From the IMG/VR virus record IMGVR_UViG_3300045988_130750, positions 1 through 64,000 of that record: a DNA stretch of 64,000 bases; one strand, given 5' to 3'. The translations under genes and the position numbers were made by a program. The DNA comes from a virus. A model generated the notes under the pieces. That model ran no database searches. It saw only the letters and a list, made by a program, of their open reading frames with translations, and was not told where the DNA came from. Of the stretch, positions 37,130-45,269 are shown in pieces (positions within the stretch are counted from its first letter, which is position 1; every line of letters starts with the position of its first letter).

Positions 37130-37890
37130 ATCAGCATAAAGCACTAACTATCTGATATTGGATTGTACACATCCAGTTATTTAGAATAGGAATACCTAGA
37201 AAATTCCCATTCATACTTACTCATTATTCTTCCCATATTTTCAGTCTTCGGAGCAAAGACCTCTTGACAATGTTTAATGTCTCTTATCCGACAGACCGCC
37301 CAGTAATCATTCGCTATTTCTATCTCAAAAACTCGGATACGAATTTAGCGATAAATCCATACCTTACAAAACTAAATAGAAAAGTTTTCAATCTAAATAT
37401 TTTAAAAAAATAATCCAGCTTCGTTGCCGATCTCATCAATAATGATAGTCTTTTGGACTTAGTATATTTATACAATCTTCCAATGCGGAATTATTTTAAT
37501 CTCATTAACGCAGAGAAGCACGAACACCATTCCATTATAGGTTGGAATAAACCGATTATCCGTGGTGTTGTTAGGATATAACATTATCTCACTAAGTTTC
37601 GTGCGCACTAGAGTCGCTAAACTGTCAGCTCTACCTAGCGAGATAGTAAGACTTACAATCTACAGGACGTAGAAATGCCAAAACATGTTAATTGTCTACT
37701 AAGGCAAGACTTCTCCATAACACCGCCAATGAGCAGTAGCAGTGGGAAGTTTTAGACCATTCCAAGGTGAAATATTTCTGCAAACCGACCATTATATTTA
37801 TGTCGCATATCGGTTAGCGACAGCTCACTTGTAAAAATCTGTCAACGGATTGACAGACCGCCCTCACTTCTTTTGGATGTGAGCAGCTTG
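37130..37890 (-). ncRNA. candidate large structured non-coding RNA co-transcribed with the tRNA array (GOLLD/ROOL-class hypothesis)
   Basis: no credible ORF; promoter-like motif at 37895-37912; many hairpins (CTGTCAA/TTGACAG 37839-37856, TGTCGC/GCGACA 37801-37822, ATTCCA/TGGAAT 37529-37548 nested in AACACCA/TGGTGTT); GGGCGGTCTGTC occurs twice. Confidence 0.4.
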
Positions 37891-37894
37891 TTGT

Positions 37895-37912
37895 ATTTTA
37901 TTATTCTCCAAA
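37895..37912 (-). promoter_or_regulatory. recurrent TGGAGAATA promoter-like motif
   Basis: minus-sense TTTGGAGAATAATAAAAT; 19-nt block TATTTTATTATTCTCCAAA (plus strand) identical to the copy at 49336-49354. Confidence 0.4.
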
Positions 37913-37915
37913 CAC

Positions 37916-37944
37916 TTGTTGCATGTCCTTGTTTCTGCTATAAT
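37916..37944 (+). promoter_or_regulatory. sigma-A-like promoter, divergent from the ncRNA promoter
   Basis: TTGTTG, 17 nt, TATAAT; followed by a TAAGGAGG RBS and a 15-codon ORF (37981-38028); the transcript would be antisense to the tRNA-like element and the int 3' end. Confidence 0.4.
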
Positions 37945-38035
37945 ATTCTTCTCCCTATATGGACTAAGGAGGAATTGCCCATGAAAGCAGTTTTGAATCT
38001 GTCCCGTCCAACTGAAATAAGCAGCTAAAAGGACA

Positions 38036-38113
38036 TGTAATAAAGCGGAATCGAAACCGCTTAAAGTGTGTATCCGTGTTAAGAAAGATCAAGTTGGTAA
38101 CTTGCTTTGTTAC
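38036..38113 (-). other. tRNA-like element next to the integrase stop (attP core candidate / pseudo-tRNA)
   Basis: GTAACAA/TTATTAC acceptor (1 mismatch), perfect CAAG-TTACCAA-CTTG D-arm, AGCGG-TTTCGATT-CCGCT T-arm, but a 14-nt anticodon loop. Confidence 0.35.
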
Positions 38114-38236
38114 ATAATAGGCGTAGTAACAATGCCACAACGGAGGTTGGAAAATAAATTCGACATGGGACGACCTCACCAATCGTCTCATTTGAAGTAT
38201 ATGTTTGAGGATTTATCAAGGGTTAGATGAAAGCTT

Positions 38237-39262
38237 CTAAAATCCAAACATGGAATTTATAGTATCTTCCGAATGATCCTTCAAGTATCCCTGTGTGGTA
38301 CTCGGATCTGAATGATGGGCAAATACTTGAACTTGTTCTAATGGAAACTTTTTAGGATTTCCATTCTCATCAAGTAATCGCATATCTGTTCCTTGTGAAA
38401 GACACTCTAACCTAGAATGGCGCATCGTATGTGTAAATATATTACATGGCTCGCCACGCACTTCAGAAAGTATTTTAGAAATACTTACAATTCTGTCGTA
38501 GAGTACACTAGAATCAGCAATAGGTTGTTTGTGATCACCAGAACCTTTAATCCATAATGAATCAATATCATCGTCTCCACGCCATTCTAAATATTTTCTA
38601 ATCAATTCTTTAGTATCATCTAAATATACAAGAGGAAACTTCTTACCTCGTTTACCAATAACAACATTCGTTTTATTTCCATCCAATAATCCATGTTTTT
38701 GTATCTGAAACAACTCGTTTTTTCTGCCAGCAGAATCAAAACCTATGCTCCACAATACGGCTAGTTGCCACTTTTCTTGTGATACTAAAATATCACGAAC
38801 TTTAATAAATTCATCATATGTAAAGAAAAAATCATCATCATCGTCTTTTACACGAGATTTTGGAATACCACGAACTTTTTTGGCATAATTGACCTCATAT
38901 TCATAGTCATCATCATCTTCACAGAATGTAAGCAAACTGTTAATAGAACTTTTAAGTCTATTTGTTCTTGCTGCTGACATTTCACATTCTTCTGTAAAAT
39001 ACAAACTCAAATTACGAAAATCCTTCTTCTTTAATTCGAGAACACAACGATTGTCTAACTCCTTGAGTATGTAAATCATAATAATCCGTAGATCATTGTG
39101 ATATCCTGATATCGTACCTTTACTCATTTTTCGTTGTTTGTATTCTTGAAGAAAATCATCCATTATTCGTTTATTCTCTTTATTAACTTGTTCCCATAAT
39201 TCAGGAGTATAAAAATTATGATATATTCGACCTCTATTTCCCAAAATCTCACTTCCTTTCAA
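38237..39262 (-). CDS. tyrosine recombinase / phage integrase
   Basis: SAM-like N-domain; catalytic pattern ...SAGRKNEL... HTMRHSRLE ... FAHHSDPSTTQGYL (R, H-x-x-R, H, Y); start codon uncertain (TTG 39262 or 39244). Confidence 0.85.
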   Translation of the reverse strand: MKGSEILGNRGRIYHNFYTPELWEQVNKENKRIMDDFLQEYKQRKMSKGTISGYHNDLRIIMIYILKELDNRCVLELKKKDFRNLSLYFTEECEMSAARTNRLKSSINSLLTFCEDDDDYEYEVNYAKKVRGIPKSRVKDDDDDFFFTYDEFIKVRDILVSQEKWQLAVLWSIGFDSAGRKNELFQIQKHGLLDGNKTNVVIGKRGKKFPLVYLDDTKELIRKYLEWRGDDDIDSLWIKGSGDHKQPIADSSVLYDRIVSISKILSEVRGEPCNIFTHTMRHSRLECLSQGTDMRLLDENGNPKKFPLEQVQVFAHHSDPSTTQGYLKDHSEDTINSMFGF

Positions 39263-39287
39263 ATCAAAAGAAGCGAAGTAGTAATAA

Positions 39288-40466
39288 CTAGATCACTTCT
39301 TGATAGTCAATAACATTTCTTCCCCATTTAATATCATCTTTATATTTCAATTCACCAATTTTTGATACTTTATTCCAATTGATATTATTCTTAATAAAAG
39401 ACTCAATATTTTTTCTAAGTGCAATAGAATCTTCAACTAGAATTTTATGTATGTTTTCTTTAGTTAGATCACAGGGGAAGAGTATATAATAATTTAAATT
39501 GTTTTCTTTTAACATAGATTGTTTTTCGGATAACTTTTGACGATAAATTTCTTTAGAATTGCTACATGTTATTTCTTTGTTAGAAAAGAAATGGTTCTTA
39601 TACGATTCAATAACTCCAGCAATTTCAATATAAATATTTTTACCATTAATATTAATTAAATAATCACAGTTCATATTTTTATTGTAATTTGGAATAAAAG
39701 ATGAATATTTTACATCTCTTTGATAGTCAACGCCATATTTAAGACCAAAATCACGTAAACACTTAGAAAAAAGATATTCAAATTGACTTGTTACATGTTC
39801 GCCGTCTAGAAAATCAAAAGTAATTCCTCTACCTTGTTTCCCAAGATTTATATTTTCTTTTGATAAAATAGTTTGCAAATCGCAATTGTAATACTTCTTA
39901 ATCGTTTTTTGTAATGTATCAGCATTTAGCCAATTATGATTATTGTCAATTTCTGATGTTGTTATAAAATTACGATTATCATTTTTAACATAGACACAAA
40001 TATCAAGTATCATTTTATCTAGTTCATCTTTAGATAAAGATTTATCTATCATTGATTCTTGAACTATTTCTAATCCAAGTTCCTTTTTCATATTATTAAT
40101 TGTTCCCCAATATTTTTTGATTCCTTCTATGGGTGGATGGTAACATCCTCTTCCTCTAAAGTCATCATACATTAAAGGTCTATCTTTTTCTGATTGTAAT
40201 TTGTAAATCAGTTTTATCATTTTATTCTTTGATGGTGTTTTACCTTTTGCTACAAAACCACACCAATCAACAAAATCAGCCCAAGTTTTAACTGATTCAT
40301 CTGGACAATTATTTATATACCATCTACCATCAGGTAAGTTAAAAGGCTCTTTCCGCAATAAATCATATTTTATTGGTTTGCCTAATTCTTCACTTTTTTG
40401 AACATATTCCCTTACATAATGGTCGTAATCTTCGATATTAAATTCTCTCTGTTTTGTACTTCCCAT
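39288..40466 (-). CDS. homing-endonuclease-like protein (Vsr/DUF559-type core, divergent)
   Basis: start moved to ATG 40466 (AGGTG RBS); C-terminal half NCDYLININGKNIYIEIAGV... resembles the hhhE-x-x-G core of the other three paralogues. Confidence 0.45.
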   Translation of the reverse strand: MGSTKQREFNIEDYDHYVREYVQKSEELGKPIKYDLLRKEPFNLPDGRWYINNCPDESVKTWADFVDWCGFVAKGKTPSKNKMIKLIYKLQSEKDRPLMYDDFRGRGCYHPPIEGIKKYWGTINNMKKELGLEIVQESMIDKSLSKDELDKMILDICVYVKNDNRNFITTSEIDNNHNWLNADTLQKTIKKYYNCDLQTILSKENINLGKQGRGITFDFLDGEHVTSQFEYLFSKCLRDFGLKYGVDYQRDVKYSSFIPNYNKNMNCDYLININGKNIYIEIAGVIESYKNHFFSNKEITCSNSKEIYRQKLSEKQSMLKENNLNYYILFPCDLTKENIHKILVEDSIALRKNIESFIKNNINWNKVSKIGELKYKDDIKWGRNVIDYQEVI

Positions 40467-40645
40467 ATTTTTCACCTATGCCTTTCCCTATGCCAACAAC
40501 TAAAAATAGAACAGTAGAAGAGAGGCATAGGTTCTCATATACTTGGTAGCTACTCCAAGTACCTACTGTTCCATAAATCCTCCAACCAGCTATGACACCA
40601 ATCAGAAGCACATATATTTGTTCTCTATTTGTCGCACGACAAATA

Positions 40646-40680
40646 TCAAAAACTTGTTCATATCACATTACTTGAACAAG
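40646..40680 (-). terminator. rho-independent terminator after tRNA-Asn copy 2
   Basis: minus-sense CTTGTTCA...TGAACAAG 8-bp stem followed by TTTTTG. Confidence 0.55.
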
Positions 40681-40685
40681 TTAAG

Positions 40686-40757
40686 CTGGCTCGGTAGGGA
40701 TCGAACCTACGACATCCTGATTAACAGTCAGGCGTTCTACCTCTGAACTACGAGTCA
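40686..40757 (-). tRNA. tRNA-Asn (anticodon GTT), copy 2
   Basis: TGACTCG/CGAGCCA acceptor (A3xC70 mismatch), CCTGA-CTGTTAA-TCAGG anticodon arm with compensated changes relative to copy 1, GTAGG-TTCGATC-CCTAC T-arm. Confidence 0.7.
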
Positions 40758-40799
40758 ATACAAAAAGAGTGCGCAGCATAAACCACACACTCTAAAAAT

Positions 40800-41474
40800 T
40801 TAAAAAATAAAATCAAGCAAATCAAATAATCTTCCAACCGAATTATATTCGTCAAAATCACTTAAATCAATCGGCTTACTAGAATAAAATTCACGCTTTT
40901 CATATCCATTAACATCACTTTTAACAGAAGTAAATCCGTGAATATTTCCGTTTTCATCTTTATCAAATGTAATATTCTTATGAGAATCATCACTTACGTC
41001 ACTGCAACTGCAATTCTTACAATTGCCATCACAATCATCGTCTACATCTTCAGCGTCCTCACCAATGTTGAATTCATGAATAATGCATCCAGAATATTTA
41101 TTGTCCTTGACAAAAGCTGAACTTACATCTCCATGAATAAATACAATGTCTGTCTCATCCATATTGATATAAGTATCACTTCCCTCATACTTGGCAGCCC
41201 GAACACATACATTCATTTCAGAATCAATACTAAGAATAAATGCATCATCATAACCGTCCAAATAAGGATCATTCAAATCGTTACAAGAAGCAAGTTTAAA
41301 ATTCGTATTTTTAATAACAGAATTAAGAACATCTTTCATCACATCATACTTAGCCACAACTACAATTTCTGAACAATCATCGTCATAATCTCTTGTACAA
41401 ACATCCAGCTTGTCAAAAGTATCTGCTAAAAATTCAGCAAAATCATTTGTATCTGTAAAACCAAATGTTTTCAA
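40800..41474 (-). CDS. highly acidic Cys-containing protein (224 aa)
   Basis: TTG start with AAGGTGGTG RBS; runs such as EDAEDVDDDCDGNCKNCSCSDVSDDSH. Confidence 0.55.
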   Translation of the reverse strand: MKTFGFTDTNDFAEFLADTFDKLDVCTRDYDDDCSEIVVVAKYDVMKDVLNSVIKNTNFKLASCNDLNDPYLDGYDDAFILSIDSEMNVCVRAAKYEGSDTYINMDETDIVFIHGDVSSAFVKDNKYSGCIIHEFNIGEDAEDVDDDCDGNCKNCSCSDVSDDSHKNITFDKDENGNIHGFTSVKSDVNGYEKREFYSSKPIDLSDFDEYNSVGRLFDLLDFIF

Positions 41475-41495
41475 TATATTTTCACCACCTTAGAA

Positions 41496-41780
41496 TTAGA
41501 GCTGTTTTGCAGACTTTGACATCTTAAAGCAAATCTCATCATGCTGTGGAGTTACATATTCCTCGCCCTTGCGATCACCCATCATAATTTTTCCTCTACG
41601 CTCTGGAACTGTCTTAACCTTAAACTTTCCAAGTTTTCCAACTGCAACTGATTCTGCGTGATTTGCTGTTAATGTCTCTGTGATTACATCAGCAAAAGCA
41701 TCAAGAATAACTGAGATGTCCTTCTGTGAAGCTCCCTCAACTTTATTTACTACTGCCTTTAATACCTCGTTCTTTGTCAT
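41496..41780 (-). CDS. HU/IHF-family DNA-binding protein
   Basis: start moved to ATG 41780 (AAGGAG RBS); MTKNEVLKAVV...SQKDISVILDAFADVITETL...VGKLGKFKVKTVPERRG is the HU fold signature. Confidence 0.8.
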   Translation of the reverse strand: MTKNEVLKAVVNKVEGASQKDISVILDAFADVITETLTANHAESVAVGKLGKFKVKTVPERRGKIMMGDRKGEEYVTPQHDEICFKMSKSAKQL

Positions 41781-41986
41781 TTTAATTTTCTCCTTTTTTC
41801 TCAACTATTTATTTTTTTAATACAAAAAGAGGGTAGTGTTTCATTTGAGTACACTCCCTCCGATACATACAATTGTGACAGCAACATCACAATTTCTATA
41901 CAATCGGACTAATTAAAAGTAGAAAATTAGCCCAATTTTCATAGTTACTTATACATAATATAAAAACCAAGTCACTCGTACTTGGT

Positions 41987-42982
41987 CTACTTTGTCATGA
42001 AATTAGTAATAATTCTTGTCTTGGAATCAATAATGTCACCATTTGAATCCAATGCAAGATACATAAACCCGTTCTGATTTGGAATTATAAGTTTACCGTT
42101 GTTATAATCCAGCTTATCCAAATCACACACACAACCTTGCTCATACATTTTTATTCCACCTTGAGTAAAACTTCCTACTTTATGGGTATGAGCCATTACG
42201 ATTCCAGTAAATGTGCGATCTACACGCAAGAAATAATTGACTGCCTTTTCTGTTGTTTTTAACATACCAGATGAATAATTTAATGGGTGACAGAAAATTA
42301 CATTACCTTCTTTTATCCACCATTCTTTATCATAAACGATTTCAATATTTGAATCTTCAAACACTTCACGAATAGAAGAGTATTGTGTCTGGGTTTTATT
42401 TCTTTCATCATTAACTTTGAATCCATCGTCTACAATCATTTCTAGCGGATCTGTTGGAATGATGCCAAGTAATTCATTTGATAATCTATCAGAACAGTAT
42501 CTTTGCATACGGTATTCATGATTTCCCATCACAAACATTACCTTTTTAGGTGTAGTCAGATTGATTAAATCAATAATATACTGTCTTCCTAAAACAAGTT
42601 CTTCATCAAGATTTATTTTGAATTTTTTAGGAAATGCAGAACATGAAAAACAATCCAATAAATCACCATTGACTATTAAAGTGTCTATAATTCCCTTATA
42701 ACCTGAAAAAATATCAATAGGTAAATTAAACGGAATATGAACATCTGACACACATAAAATTCTTTCAGATGCACCCTCACAGTTGTGAATATAATTATCA
42801 TACTCTTCATATCCAACAGCCTGTTTTCTAAGCTGATCTGGTGTAATATTCAATCCAAGCATATCTCGAATTTCAATCCAATCCATATCTGTCTCTTTAC
42901 GTTTCTTTGCAAGACAACATCTTAATTTCCATTCAAAATCTGTTTCATTTTCTAATCTATGTAAGTCGATTATAATGTCCAC
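41987..42982 (-). CDS. calcineurin-like metallophosphoesterase
   Basis: VSDVHIPF, NGDLLD, MGNHE, AHTH motifs in canonical order. Confidence 0.75.
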   Translation of the reverse strand: MDIIIDLHRLENETDFEWKLRCCLAKKRKETDMDWIEIRDMLGLNITPDQLRKQAVGYEEYDNYIHNCEGASERILCVSDVHIPFNLPIDIFSGYKGIIDTLIVNGDLLDCFSCSAFPKKFKINLDEELVLGRQYIIDLINLTTPKKVMFVMGNHEYRMQRYCSDRLSNELLGIIPTDPLEMIVDDGFKVNDERNKTQTQYSSIREVFEDSNIEIVYDKEWWIKEGNVIFCHPLNYSSGMLKTTEKAVNYFLRVDRTFTGIVMAHTHKVGSFTQGGIKMYEQGCVCDLDKLDYNNGKLIIPNQNGFMYLALDSNGDIIDSKTRIITNFMTK

Positions 42983-42992
42983 CTACTCTCTA

Positions 42993-43220
42993 TTACTCTT
43001 CATCAGACGGAACATCCAGCTCCTCATCTGTTTTTAATGCAACAGTAAAATCAATTACCTGATTCTTAAATGATGTAAGCAGATCGGCTACTTTTACTTC
43101 CTGCTCCATATCATTTTCATCAGTATATGTAATAGTAGTACAATCCTCTGAGAGTGTACCTGCCTTTACTGTCAACTTATCTGTAGTTGTTCTTGTAAAT
43201 TTTAATTTACTAGCTGCCAT
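42993..43220 (-). CDS. hypothetical acidic protein (75 aa)
   Basis: GGAGGAAAAGG RBS. Confidence 0.55.
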   Translation of the reverse strand: MAASKLKFTRTTTDKLTVKAGTLSEDCTTITYTDENDMEQEVKVADLLTSFKNQVIDFTVALKTDEELDVPSDEE

Positions 43221-43241
43221 AATTCCTTTTCCTCCATAAAA

Positions 43242-43535
43242 TTAAAAATTCCCACCAGAACGCTTTCTGCCAGGATTATAATACATTTGTTTCGTTTTAT
43301 TCTGTTTTACTTCAATATACTCACGAATCTTCCTAATATAATTTTCATCATAGCTTAAACGAATATGTGACTCCAAATAATAACATCCACAACGAGTAGG
43401 AATTTTATTAGATAACACATTGTCTATAAGCCTATATGACGGGTTAAGATTTGAGAGATGAGTATGCTTTTCTGTATCTTCTTTTCTGCTAATACGATAG
43501 CCATTTTCTGTTCTGTCAATATAAAACCCTTTATA
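43242..43535 (-). pseudogene. 3' part of a small gene interrupted by the TnpB element (start-less 97-codon ORF)
   Basis: open frame YKGFYIDRTENGYRISRKED... begins exactly at the IS right end and has no start codon; joins in frame to the 7-codon ORF at 44842-44862. Confidence 0.5.
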
Positions 43536-43720
43536 GTGAACTGCCCATTGGCTTTAGACAATGGACTTCTTGCTTCATCGTCCTCGTAACCTACTAACTC
43601 CACAAGCGTAAATTCCGATAGTTCCTACCGTACTAAATATCCGTTATGCTGCTTCCAACAGCCTTAATCCTTCATTGAGAATGTTCTTTGCAGCGTTTAT
43701 ATCTCTGTCATGCTTCGTCC
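43536..43720 (-). ncRNA. omega (right-end) guide RNA scaffold of TnpB; limits approximate
   Basis: in known TnpB systems the scaffold spans the tnpB 3' end to the right end; structured 110 nt after the stop; the guide would be read from the flank TATAAAGGGTTTTATATTGAC. Confidence 0.5.
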
Positions 43721-44753
43721 CACACTTAGGACAAATCCATTCTCTTACAGATAAATCTTTGGTATTCTTATTGACATATCCACAAATATTACAAAGCTGA
43801 CTAGACGGAACATATCTGCCAATTTTGATATATGTACGCCCATTCCATTCAGCCTTATATGTGAGCTGCCTTGTCAATTCATACCATCCACAATCTGTAA
43901 TTGCTTTAGCAAGATTATGATTCTTTACCATATTAGATACTGCTAAATCCTCACTAACTATCACTTGGTTTTCGCTGATAAGCCGATGTGAAATCTTATG
44001 CAGATTATCAATTCTAGTATTGCGAATCTTTTCGTGCACTCTTGCAAGTTTTATTCTTTGCTTTTGATAATTCTTACTACCTTTTGTTTTATGAGATAAT
44101 TTACGCTGTTCTTTTGCAAGTTTGTTCTCATATTTTTTTATAGTCCGAATATTATTAAATTTTTCTCCATCAGAAGTGATAAGTAAATCCTTAATACCTA
44201 AATCAATACCGACTATACTGCTTGTTTCTGGAAGAACTTCATGGTCAGTTTTGACCAATACAGATACAAAATACTTCCCACTTGGAACTTGTGAAATGGT
44301 GGCTGATTTTATTTTACCGACAAACTCTCTATGAACTTTTGCCTTGACCCATTTCAGTTTTGGAAGTTTGATTCTGTTATTCTCAAAAGAAACTTCGATA
44401 TTTCCATTTGTGAAGTTTGTCTTATAAGACTTTTTATTGTCTCGCTTGCTCTTAAATTTCGGATAACCTGCATGTTCTTTGAAAAATTTCTGATACGCTG
44501 AATCCATGTTAATGACTGCATTATCTAACGCAAATTTATCTACTTCTTTTAACCATAAATATTCGGTTTTCAGAGTCTTGTTCTTCCAGTTATTACAATC
44601 AATCTTACTTAAAGATTCTTTTTTGGTTTCATAAAGATTCCTCCTATATGCAAGCGTCTGATTATATACAAATCTACAACAACCAAAAGTTTTCTGAATC
44701 TGAATTTCTTGCTCTTTGTTTGGATATAGTCTGTATTTATAGGCTTTAAGCAT
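43644..44753 (-). CDS. tnpB: TnpB RNA-guided nuclease (OrfB_IS605)
   Basis: MLKAYKYRLYPNKEQ...FGCCRFVYNQ; RuvC motifs GIDLGIKD, VSEDL, HDRDINAAKNI; zinc finger CNICG...CPKCG. Confidence 0.95.
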   Translation of the reverse strand: MLKAYKYRLYPNKEQEIQIQKTFGCCRFVYNQTLAYRRNLYETKKESLSKIDCNNWKNKTLKTEYLWLKEVDKFALDNAVINMDSAYQKFFKEHAGYPKFKSKRDNKKSYKTNFTNGNIEVSFENNRIKLPKLKWVKAKVHREFVGKIKSATISQVPSGKYFVSVLVKTDHEVLPETSSIVGIDLGIKDLLITSDGEKFNNIRTIKKYENKLAKEQRKLSHKTKGSKNYQKQRIKLARVHEKIRNTRIDNLHKISHRLISENQVIVSEDLAVSNMVKNHNLAKAITDCGWYELTRQLTYKAEWNGRTYIKIGRYVPSSQLCNICGYVNKNTKDLSVREWICPKCGTKHDRDINAAKNILNEGLRLLEAA

Positions 44754-44841
44754 TCACTACTCACCCCATTCTAATATATTCTCTTTTTATTGTGCTTCTC
44801 ACCCATCAGCTAAAGCTAATGGGATTGCGAACCGATTCTTA

Positions 44842-44862
44842 TTTTTTAATTCGATTTTTCAT
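44842..44862 (-). pseudogene. 5' stub (MKNRIKK) of the gene interrupted by the TnpB element
   Basis: ATG AAA AAT CGA ATT AAA AAA then TAA at the predicted left-end junction. Confidence 0.4.
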
Positions 44863-44871
44863 AGACAAAAC

Positions 44872-45042
44872 CTACTTAACATATTTATCTTCAATGTAAC
44901 GTTTTCTTGCAACACCTTTGGTACGATAGTAGCCGACCTGTTCGCCTCTGCGGTCTACATAACCTCGTTTAGTATTACGAATTACACCTTCAGATAATAA
45001 TTTTTCAATTTCACTTTTAGAAATCTGTTTGATAATTTTCAC
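44872..45042 (-). CDS. small basic protein, paralogue of the interrupted gene
   Basis: KRGYVDRRGEQVGYYRTKG resembles YKGFYIDRTENGYRISRK in 43242-43535; start uncertain (GTG 45042; the track start 45111 would overlap tRNA-Lys). Confidence 0.45.
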   Translation of the reverse strand: MKIIKQISKSEIEKLLSEGVIRNTKRGYVDRRGEQVGYYRTKGVARKRYIEDKYVK

Positions 45043-45080
45043 TTCCTTTGATTTATTTTCTGCTGAATAGCAGAAGAGAG

Positions 45081-45155
45081 TGAGCGTGGAGGGATTTGAA
45101 CCCATCGACAACTCGATTAAAAGTCGAGTGCTCTACCAAACTGAGCTACACACTC
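45081..45155 (-). tRNA. tRNA-Lys (anticodon TTT) with weakened T-stem
   Basis: GAGTGTG/CACGCTC acceptor, GCTC/GAGC D-stem, CTCGA-CTTTTAA-TCGAG anticodon arm; T-arm ATGGG-TTCAAAT-CCCTC has two mismatches. Confidence 0.65.
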
Positions 45156-45251
45156 AAAGAGAAAATCAGTGACCATACCACAAGAATTGTAGCACAGCCA
45201 CCGATTATAGAAAGGTAAGGTACAAAATGAATATGTACTTGAAGTGTTTAC

Positions 45252-45269
45252 ATTTTATTATTCTCTGTT
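45252..45269 (-). promoter_or_regulatory. recurrent GAGAATA promoter-like motif upstream of tRNA-Lys
   Basis: minus-sense AACAGAGAATAATAAAAT about 100 nt upstream of the tRNA. Confidence 0.35.

Larger units (their letters stand above)
43536..44841 (-). mobile_element. IS200/IS605-family TnpB-only element (IS1341-like), ~1.3 kb; ends approximate
   Basis: tnpB flanked by subterminal hairpins: LE CCCATTAGCTTTAGCTGATGGG (about 44795-44816), RE CCATTGTCTAAAGCCAATGG (about 43546-43565); no tnpA. Confidence 0.8.

Noticed and set aside
37964-38191. 75-aa minus-strand track ORF between int and the ncRNA.
   Set aside because: It has no RBS, overlaps the tRNA-like element and a plus-strand promoter, and has an implausible composition.
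43536-44841. IStron (group I intron fused to an IS605 element) that would splice out of the interrupted gene.
   Set aside because: Only about 90-110 nt flank tnpB on each side. These are occupied by IS-type subterminal hairpins and the omega-RNA region, which is too short for a group I core. No R/S-like elements were seen there.
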